Assembly (NCBI GenBank): GCA_001029755.1
Contig: CP011214.1
Location: forward strand, 493,767 to 557,766
From: Candidatus Woesebacteria bacterium GW2011_GWF1_31_35
GTDB lineage: Bacteria > Patescibacteriota > Microgenomatia > UBA8517
Length of the DNA: 64,000 bases
Direction: 5' to 3'
In this document: positions 56,574 through 64,000 of the stretch, piece after piece
Layout of the letters: each line of letters begins with the position of its first letter
Position numbering within the stretch: the first letter of the stretch is position 1
Position numbers and translations under genes: made by a program
Notes under the pieces: generated by a model
Seen by the model: the letters and a program-made list of their open reading frames with translations, nothing else
The model's database searches: none
What the model was told of the DNA's origin: nothing

Positions 56574-57287
56574 ATGTTAGAACCAAAAATAATATTTGAT
56601 GATCCTGATTTTTTTGTTGTTGAAAAACCTACTGGTTGGATTTCAAATGAGGCAGGAACAACTACAAATCAGCCGGTACTACAAACTTGGATAAAGAAAA
56701 ATTTTAAGTATCCATTAAATGGAAATTTAGAGGCAAGAGATGGATTGGTCCATAGACTTGATAAAGAAACATCAGGACTTATTTTGATTGCCAAGAAAAA
56801 AGAGACATTTGAAGCCCTACAAGGTCAATTTAAGGATAGGTTGGTATCAAAAACGTACATGGCTTTAGTTCATGGTAGAGTAGATCGTTTAGAAGGGGAA
56901 ATTAAAGAAACCGTTGGAAGGTTACCATGGAGAAAAGATAGATTTGGAATTGTTCCTGGTGGAAGAGAAGCTGAAACCCACTATAAAGTTATTGGATATT
57001 ATGAAAACAAAATTAATAAATTTACTCTTTTAGAATTAACTCCAAAAACAGGTAGAACACATCAGATTAGGATTCACCTTAAACATATTGGGCATCCAAT
57101 TGTTGCTGATGATTTTTACGCCGGTAGAAAAACTTCTCGGAGTGATAGAAAATGGTGTTCTAGATTGTTTTTGCATGCTGGGGGAATTACCTTTTTACAT
57201 CCCAAGGAAGGAGAAAAAATAAGTTTTGAATCTAATCTTCCTTCTGACCTTCGTGAAACACTAGAAAAATTAGTGAAATTAGCCTAG
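56574..57287 (+). CDS. RluA/RluD family pseudouridine synthase
   Basis: VHRLDKETSG, TGRTHQIRIH, GHPIVAD, LFLHA. Confidence 0.95.
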   Translation: MLEPKIIFDDPDFFVVEKPTGWISNEAGTTTNQPVLQTWIKKNFKYPLNGNLEARDGLVHRLDKETSGLILIAKKKETFEALQGQFKDRLVSKTYMALVHGRVDRLEGEIKETVGRLPWRKDRFGIVPGGREAETHYKVIGYYENKINKFTLLELTPKTGRTHQIRIHLKHIGHPIVADDFYAGRKTSRSDRKWCSRLFLHAGGITFLHPKEGEKISFESNLPSDLRETLEKLVKLA

Positions 57288-57300
57288 TATTAATGTTAGT

Positions 57301-58974
57301 ATGGTTATTTCTTTCACACTTGCTCTTTTTATCGTTTTGTCATCAGCTTTAATGGGGGGGTATATCGCCAAGAGACTTAAATTTCAGCCAATTATTGGAT
57401 ATATTCTAGCAGGAGTAATAACTAGCGCAATTTTTCCAATTTCAGGCCTTGGAATTGAGAAGTTAGCAGAAATTGGAGGAATTTTACTTTTATTTTCAAT
57501 AGGTTTAGAGCTTTCAGTAAATAAATTTAAGAACATTCTAAAAAAGATTCTAATAGCTTCAGTTTTGCAAATGTTACTAGTTACAGTGTTTTTATTTTTT
57601 GTTTTAAGATTGTTTGGATTTAGTAATATCTCATCTTTTGTCTTAGCTATTGGCTTTTCTCTTTCTTCAACAGCTGTAGTAGTTAAGACACTTTTTGATA
57701 GAGGAGAGTCAGAAACGATTCATGGAAAGTTAATGATTGGTTGGCTATTAGTACAAGATTTAGCAGTTATTCCAATCATGGTAATTTTACCAATTTTGGC
57801 TAGCAATCAAGAATCTGTAATAGTTTTAGGTGGAATTGCAATATTAAAGGCAATTTTTCTAATTGTTGTATCAATTGTATTAGGTAAACATGTAGTACCT
57901 TTTTTTGTTCATAAAATAACGATTTTAAATTCTAGAGAGTTATTAGTATTAACATCAATTGCTCTTGCTGTAGGAACTGCTGTTGGAGTTTCTTTCTTTG
58001 GTATTTCAGCAACACTTGGCGCATTTATTGCTGGTTTTGTAATTTCTGAGTCTCAAGAAAACCATACTATTTTTGCAGAGGTAAGACCTTTAAGAGATCT
58101 TTTTGTTGCACTTTTCTTTGTAACTCTAGGTTTTTTTGTAAGTTTTCCTGTTATTATTTCTCACCTTGGAGTGATACTTGTTTTGGCAATAATTGTTATT
58201 TTACTAAAGTTTATTGTTGTTTCTCTAATTAATTATTTATTAAAGTTTAGTGGTAAAACAATGATTATTTCTGCAATAGGTTTAGCTCAAGTAGGAGAGT
58301 TTTCTTTTATTATATTTTCAACTGCAGCAGTATTAAAATTAATTCCTTCCGAAATTGCTTCAATCGGTATTGCTGTAAGTTTAGTAACTTTAATATTAAC
58401 CCCATTTATATATAAAAAGGCCTTACCTTTATGGAAATTATTAAGATCAAAATTTAAAGTATTTTCTTCTCTTGAAAGAAATCCAAAAGAAATAATTGAT
58501 TTTTCTGATCATATTATAATTTGTGGTTATGGCAGAGTAGGGGGTTGGATTGGTAGGGCATTACAAGATAAAGGAATTAAATTTGTGGTTATTGATTATA
58601 ATCAAGAAATTGTAAATTCTTGTTTGAAAAAAGGAATAAGTGCAATTTATGGTGATCCTGTTGAAAAAGAAGTTTTACAAATGGCAAATATAACTTCTGC
58701 CAAGGCAATTGTAATCGCGATTCCTGATAGACTCTCTCATGAATCTATTATTGCTCATGTTGAAACTTTGTCTCCTAATGTAAAAATTATTTCAAGGGTT
58801 CATCTCGATGAAGACTATGAGAAGTTTAGATCATTAAGGGTTGATAGAATTGTTCAACCTGAATTTGAAGCAGCTGTTGCGATTACTAGAAATATATTAA
58901 TTTCGATGGGTAAAGAAAAAGATGAAATTCAAAGATCAATTAAAAGTCTAAGACTATCACATGCGAAGATATAA
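57301..58974 (+). CDS. CPA2 cation:proton antiporter with TrkA-N (KefB/C-like)
   Basis: LLFSIGLE, SSTAVV, QDLAV, QVGEF, CGYGRVG. Confidence 0.92.
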   Translation: MVISFTLALFIVLSSALMGGYIAKRLKFQPIIGYILAGVITSAIFPISGLGIEKLAEIGGILLLFSIGLELSVNKFKNILKKILIASVLQMLLVTVFLFFVLRLFGFSNISSFVLAIGFSLSSTAVVVKTLFDRGESETIHGKLMIGWLLVQDLAVIPIMVILPILASNQESVIVLGGIAILKAIFLIVVSIVLGKHVVPFFVHKITILNSRELLVLTSIALAVGTAVGVSFFGISATLGAFIAGFVISESQENHTIFAEVRPLRDLFVALFFVTLGFFVSFPVIISHLGVILVLAIIVILLKFIVVSLINYLLKFSGKTMIISAIGLAQVGEFSFIIFSTAAVLKLIPSEIASIGIAVSLVTLILTPFIYKKALPLWKLLRSKFKVFSSLERNPKEIIDFSDHIIICGYGRVGGWIGRALQDKGIKFVVIDYNQEIVNSCLKKGISAIYGDPVEKEVLQMANITSAKAIVIAIPDRLSHESIIAHVETLSPNVKIISRVHLDEDYEKFRSLRVDRIVQPEFEAAVAITRNILISMGKEKDEIQRSIKSLRLSHAKI

Positions 58975-59812
58975 AAGAATTAAAAACAAAAAGAGTAGAG
59001 AATTAAGAATAAAAAAGATTAGAGGTTTTATTTATTTATTTTTAATTTTATTAATTTTAATTATAGCTTTTGTTTTAATTAAGATTACTAGCTTAAAAAA
59101 ATTTATTTATGTAAATAATGTTGATAGTAATGCTGAGATAACAGTAGTTGATCCTCAAAAACTTAAAATAATTAAGATTTTAATTCCTGAAAATACTCAA
59201 ATTAATTCTTCAAGAGGTTTTGGTGTGTATAAGATTTCAAGTCTCTGGAAATTGGGAGAAAAAGAAGGTTTAAAGGGAAAATTAGTAACCGAGTCTGTTA
59301 GAAGAGACTTTTTGATTCCTCTTTATTTATGGAAAGATGGAGACAAAACAAATTTAAATTTTTGGCAGAGAATTAAAATTTATCTTCTGGATAAAGGATT
59401 TTCAAATTATTATGTTAATAATATAAATTTAATAGATAATAGAGTTTTAAAATTAAAAAAATTTACTGATGGAACAGATGGTTACATTATTTCTTCGAAA
59501 ATTCCTGAATCAATTTTGATTAATTTTGTAGAAGACTATATGACCGAAACGGTTTCCAAAATTGAAATAGAGGATTTAACAGGAAATTCCATGACTGTTG
59601 AAAATATTTCAAAAATACTTGGAGTAATGGGAGGAAAAATTATTTCATATTCTAAAGGATTTGATAAAGATTTTGATTGCGAAGTAATTGGGAAAGATAA
59701 AATTCTGGTCGGTGTGGTTTCAAAAAATTTCGATTGTAAGGTAAGTATTGACACTAAACTATCAGTTGATCTCAAAATCAGACTGGGAGGAAGATTCGTC
59801 GATAGATTCTGA
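58961..59812 (+). CDS. Membrane-anchored protein, degenerate LCP/LytR-like
   Basis: N-terminal TM, IPENT, YKISSL, C-terminal IRLG. Confidence 0.55.
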   Translation: MRRYKRIKNKKSRELRIKKIRGFIYLFLILLILIIAFVLIKITSLKKFIYVNNVDSNAEITVVDPQKLKIIKILIPENTQINSSRGFGVYKISSLWKLGEKEGLKGKLVTESVRRDFLIPLYLWKDGDKTNLNFWQRIKIYLLDKGFSNYYVNNINLIDNRVLKLKKFTDGTDGYIISSKIPESILINFVEDYMTETVSKIEIEDLTGNSMTVENISKILGVMGGKIISYSKGFDKDFDCEVIGKDKILVGVVSKNFDCKVSIDTKLSVDLKIRLGGRFVDRF

Positions 59813-60424
59813 TTTTTCTAATGGAAAAGACATACAATTTTCAAATTCTTTTCCTTTTTTTACTTCTTTAATAAAGACTTTTATGTTAGATGAACAAACT
59901 GATTTAATAAACACTTTATAGGAATTTCCCCCCTTAACTAATAGACGAATGCGAGCTGATATGTCGTCAGGAAGTCTACCAACATAAGTATCATCTAAAG
60001 TAGTTATAGTAGCTCTGTGGGAATGTGTTAATAATTTCACTTCGTCTCCTGAATATAGTTTAGAAATATTTTTAGGTGAGCCTAGGTTAATTAAGTTAGT
60101 TAATTTGGTTTTACCAACTTCTTCTAAAAAAACGGAGGCATCTATATTTTGTTCGCTTCCTGAATCAACGTTAGTTTTAAATCTTTTATATTTTTCAATT
60201 GATTTTTCAGCAATCTTGTTTGAAGGCTCAATTTTAAGAACTTTTTTAGATACACCTTTAGCTTTTGTGATTTCACCCGTTTCAAGATAAGCTCTTGCAA
60301 GACGGTTTAACGCTTCTGTGTCAGATCCATCTTCTTTAATAATTAATTTATTTATTTTGATGGCTTCTTTCCATTGACATCTTAAAGCTAGATTAATTGC
60401 TTTACGGGTCAGATTTTCTTCCAT
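59762..60424 (-). CDS. TPR-containing protein
   Basis: ALNRLARAY...VLKIEPSNKIA TPR; C-terminal YVGRLPDD domain. Confidence 0.75.
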   Translation of the reverse strand: MEENLTRKAINLALRCQWKEAIKINKLIIKEDGSDTEALNRLARAYLETGEITKAKGVSKKVLKIEPSNKIAEKSIEKYKRFKTNVDSGSEQNIDASVFLEEVGKTKLTNLINLGSPKNISKLYSGDEVKLLTHSHRATITTLDDTYVGRLPDDISARIRLLVKGGNSYKVFIKSVCSSNIKVFIKEVKKGKEFENCMSFPLEKSESIDESSSQSDFEIN

Positions 60425-60527
60425 ATTTTTTAATTTTAATAAGTAATTTTTCTATTCTATATAAAAAATTTTTCTTTTTAAAGTATAGAGATGGGAAAGA
60501 AGTTGTCAATATAGTATAATTGCCTTT

Positions 60528-61238
60528 ATGTCAGGACATTCTCATTTTGCGACTATAAAAAGACAAAAAGAAACAAAAGATGCGGCAAAAGGAAATCTTT
60601 TTGGAAAACTTTCGAAAACTATTTCAATAGCGATAAAATCGGGTGGGGGAGCCAATCCTGACACAAACTTCAAATTAAGAGTCGCAATTGATAAAGCTAA
60701 AGAATTTAATATGCCTAAAGATAATATTGATAGGATATTAAAATCTGCTATGGAAAAAATGGACAATATAGAAGAAATAACATATGAAGGGTTTGGACCA
60801 TGTGGAGTTGGAGTTTTGGTTGAAACTGTAACTGATAATAAAAATAGAACTGCGCAGGAATTTAAAAATATTTTTGAAAAATCAGGGGGAAGTATGGCTG
60901 GCCCAGGAGCAGTATCTTATAATTTTGAGAACAAAGGATTTTTACTAGTACAGAAAAAAGGTGATGTTGAAAATCAGATATTAACCTTAATTGATATTGG
61001 GATAGAGGATTGCGAAGAAAGAGAAGATGGCTTGGAAGTTTTTGTTCATCCTGACCATTTAAAAGAGACTAAAGAGAAGATAGAAGCAGCAGGATTTGTT
61101 ATATTAAGTACAGAACTTAGGATGGAAGCTAAGACTTATTTAGAAGTAACAAATGATGATCAAATTGCAAAAATTACAAATTTTCTTGAGGAATTAGAAG
61201 AACATGACGATGTGCAAAAGGTATATTCTAATTTTTAA
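60528..61238 (+). CDS. YebC/PmpR family protein
   Basis: MSGHSH, NMPKDNI, YEGFGP.G, TDNKNRT, DDVQKVYSN. Confidence 0.96.
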   Translation: MSGHSHFATIKRQKETKDAAKGNLFGKLSKTISIAIKSGGGANPDTNFKLRVAIDKAKEFNMPKDNIDRILKSAMEKMDNIEEITYEGFGPCGVGVLVETVTDNKNRTAQEFKNIFEKSGGSMAGPGAVSYNFENKGFLLVQKKGDVENQILTLIDIGIEDCEEREDGLEVFVHPDHLKETKEKIEAAGFVILSTELRMEAKTYLEVTNDDQIAKITNFLEELEEHDDVQKVYSNF

Positions 61239-61241
61239 ATT

Positions 61242-62012
61242 ATGTCTAAACGCTTGCGTTTTTTAATTTCTTCTCTGGTTCTGTCTGTCGGATTTATAAT
61301 TATTCAATTTTTGGAAGGATCGTTAAAATTTCCTGCAATTGGAATTTTAGTTCTATTAACAGGAGCTTTATCAGTTTGGTCTTTCTTTGAGGGTTTGGGT
61401 AAAAATATGACTTGGATTTCATTAATACTTCCAATGATGTTTACCTTAAGTGTAGGTATTTTTTGGTTTTTACTTCCAGCAAGCATATATACTCGCATAC
61501 CAATAGTTATTTTTTATTCATTGGGTATTTATGTTCTGTCAACAACAATGAATATTTATACTGTTTCATCTCTTAGAACAATTGCACTTCTTCGTGCTGC
61601 GCGCGGAGTAGGCTTTGTCTTAACCTTAGTTACATCCTTTTTAATCTTTGATGCAATTCTTTCTATAAGACAAAATATTTTAATTACAATTTCTTTAGTT
61701 TTAGTGTCCTCGTTTTTACTGTTTTTACAAGGCTTTTGGTCTATTAACCTTGAGAAAGAATTTGATAAAGATGTTTTTCAAATGGCAACAATTTCTTCTT
61801 TAATCATGGCTGAACTTTCAACCTTAATTTACTTCTGGCCTGTAACTGTTGTTGTAGGTTCACTTTTCTTAACTAGCGGGGGATATCTCTTGCTAGGGTT
61901 AGGACAAGCAAAACTTGAAGAAAGACTTTTCTCTGCAACCATTAAAGAGTATTTAACCGTAGGATTAATTGTTTTAATTGGAATGTTTTTTGCCACCCGT
62001 TGGGGGGGATAG
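61242..62012 (+). CDS. Multi-pass membrane protein
   Basis: About 9 TMs, TIALLRAA, YFWP. Confidence 0.7.
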   Translation: MSKRLRFLISSLVLSVGFIIIQFLEGSLKFPAIGILVLLTGALSVWSFFEGLGKNMTWISLILPMMFTLSVGIFWFLLPASIYTRIPIVIFYSLGIYVLSTTMNIYTVSSLRTIALLRAARGVGFVLTLVTSFLIFDAILSIRQNILITISLVLVSSFLLFLQGFWSINLEKEFDKDVFQMATISSLIMAELSTLIYFWPVTVVVGSLFLTSGGYLLLGLGQAKLEERLFSATIKEYLTVGLIVLIGMFFATRWGG

Positions 62013-62958
62013 GGAAGTAGGTAAGAAGTACCCCATAATTATAGGTTATGTTTTCACGAGGCAGGGAAGAGTTTTCACGAAATAAACCCGAATGATATAG
62101 TTTGATGTGGATAACTTATTGCGACATAAACCCGAAAAGTACTATTCAATAATAACTTAAGGGAGGTGTTACTCTAACTAATTAGCTAATCTGTATCTTA
62201 TGTCTTTATTAGATCTTATAAGTAATGTTCTCTGAAAAATAGTACTACCATTCAAAATTTATTAACTGAGTATAATAAACCTTACACTCGGTTTCAATAA
62301 TGAAAGAGGACAGTGTAAGTAATAATTTTAATAAAATCATCTAGACTTGTTAACTTATATTTCCACTTCATTATTTAAAGATATTCTCTTCTTTTTATTA
62401 AACTCATTAACTTTTTTAACCGAAATTATTCCATATAAAAACATTTTATTAATCTTCAACAATTTGTTAAAAAGTAAAATATATGCAAATTGCTGTTTAG
62501 CCCGATAATATGGGATTTAACATAGATGATTAACTACCCGTCTTTTGTTCCAGACAGGTCTTAAAATCGATTTGGTGAGGTCACATTTATGCTTATATTT
62601 TTTAAGTATTTCTTAAATATTATTTACATTTTTACTATTATTTTTTTATAATTTAATTATTAATGTTCATATATAAATATAAAATGAGATTTAAATTAAA
62701 TTAATACTAATAAACAATTTACTATAAATTTTTTACAAATATTTATTATGAGAATTTAGTCTAAATTTTAATTTAGGAAAATTTTAATACTATAGGAAAT
62801 AATGAGATTTTGGTAAAATTATCTACCCCTACTCCCCCATTTTCCCTTTAACTCGTGAAAATTTTACCTTTTTATAAATTGTCATATTGTTACAACATGA
62901 CTGAAGGGACTCCTTGTGGGTGGTGGGTAGATCAATCGGGTTCAAATTTGAAAGTAAT

Positions 62959-62987
62959 TTGACTGATTTACGATAAAACATTAAACT
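62959..62987 (+). promoter_or_regulatory. Sigma70 promoter for the xer gene
   Basis: TTGACT(62959)-17 nt-TAAACT(62982), 9 nt before ATG. Confidence 0.55.
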
Positions 62988-62996
62988 GAGTATAAT

Positions 62997-63959
62997 ATGA
63001 AGAACTTTGTTCAACTACCTCATTTTGATGATTATCTTTTGTATATTAAAACTCAAAATTATTCAGATGAAACTGTCTATAACTATGAAAGAGATTTAGA
63101 GACATTTAGAAATTTTTTAGATTCTGGCCTCTCCTCCCCTACCCAATTTAATAAAATAAATAAACAAGTAATTAATGAATATAAAGCTTATTTATCATCA
63201 TCAGATAGAGTTACTTCTAAAAATAAGTTTAAGAGTGTTAAAAAATTATCTTCTTATAGCTTAAATAGAATACTTTCAAGTTTAAGATCATATACCAAAT
63301 ATTTAATAGAAATGGACTTTGAGTCACCAATTTCACCCAATTCAGTAAAATTAGTTAAAACTGAAAAAAAACATTCTAAGGTTGCAGAATTTGATCAATT
63401 AGTTAATTTAATCGAATCGCCAGAGCGTTTAGAAAAAAGTCCAATAATTGGCCTTAGAAATAGAGTAATGCTTGAAGTATTATTCTCAACTGGTATGCGT
63501 ATTTCTGAACTTTGTAATTTAAAAAGAGTTGATATAGATGGTAGTGGAAAAATTTTTATAATGGGTAAAGGTAAAAAAGAAAGGTTTGTTTATTTAACAC
63601 CTAGAGCGGTAGATTTATTAGATAGTTATTTAAAAATAAGAACTGATAGTTTGGAAAATTTATTTATTCCACTACGAGGTCCAAATAGTAAAAAAAATGA
63701 CAAGAAAATTTCAACAAACTATTTGCAGGCTAAAATAAAGGAATATAGACAAAAATTAAGAATAAATGTTCCAACATCAGCCCATTCATTAAGGCACGGG
63801 TTTGCAACTTATTTAGCAGAACAGGGTGCTTCAGCTACAGCCATACAATTTCTTTTGGGTCATGAGTCTTTAAACACAACCACTCGTTATTTGCACGCAT
63901 CAGACAAATTTGCTGAAGAGACTCACAGAAAGTATCATCCACTTAAGGATAAAAAATGA
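62997..63959 (+). CDS. XerC/D-like tyrosine recombinase
   Basis: YS.ETV.NY..DL, STGMRISE, GKGKKER, HSLRH.FAT, LLGH.SL.TT.RY. Confidence 0.93.
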   Translation: MKNFVQLPHFDDYLLYIKTQNYSDETVYNYERDLETFRNFLDSGLSSPTQFNKINKQVINEYKAYLSSSDRVTSKNKFKSVKKLSSYSLNRILSSLRSYTKYLIEMDFESPISPNSVKLVKTEKKHSKVAEFDQLVNLIESPERLEKSPIIGLRNRVMLEVLFSTGMRISELCNLKRVDIDGSGKIFIMGKGKKERFVYLTPRAVDLLDSYLKIRTDSLENLFIPLRGPNSKKNDKKISTNYLQAKIKEYRQKLRINVPTSAHSLRHGFATYLAEQGASATAIQFLLGHESLNTTTRYLHASDKFAEETHRKYHPLKDKK

Positions 63960-64000
63960 ATTATTCAATTGAATATATTTTAAATAATATAGTTTTTACT

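Noticed and set aside
7329-61498. Numerous 60-130 aa antisense or nested ORFs inside housekeeping genes
   Set aside because: Fully overlapped by well-supported genes; compositions typical of reverse-frame shadows.
62049-62137. Short direct repeats as a CRISPR array
   Set aside because: Only two copies each of 10-11 bp, no regular spacers, no cas genes in the window.

Overview
AT-rich bacterial chromosome segment. Its gene content and streamlined proteins (short EF-Ts, RF1, HisRS and YchF; no pyrH between tsf and frr; many leaderless starts) are typical of CPR/Patescibacteria, probably Microgenomates (inference). Most of it is housekeeping: tRNA-Tyr/Thr/Leu, a 6S-like RNA candidate, fmt/def, mreB/PBP2, dprA-topA, a dTMP/folate cluster, rpsB-tsf-frr, proS, dnaX-ybaB-recR, cysS, rpsF-ssb-rpsR, dnaB with an intein, efp, and a Xer recombinase beside a ~1 kb AT-rich gap. 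The main finding is a ~10.4 kb element (31495-41936) inserted into the 5' end of ychF by a large serine recombinase whose own gene is cut by the att site. Integrated, the recombinase ends in a 12-aa tail read from an alternative frame of ychF. Three homologous ~50-aa ORFs without a credible start of their own (31494, 34281, 35125) each sit behind a different displaced ychF promoter plus 5' end, and each is in frame to complete the recombinase on excision. This suggests nested attL sites, an integration-dependent integrase C-terminus switch, and an integron-like way of accreting or dropping cargo while always restoring ychF. All calls come from reading the sequence; no searches were run.
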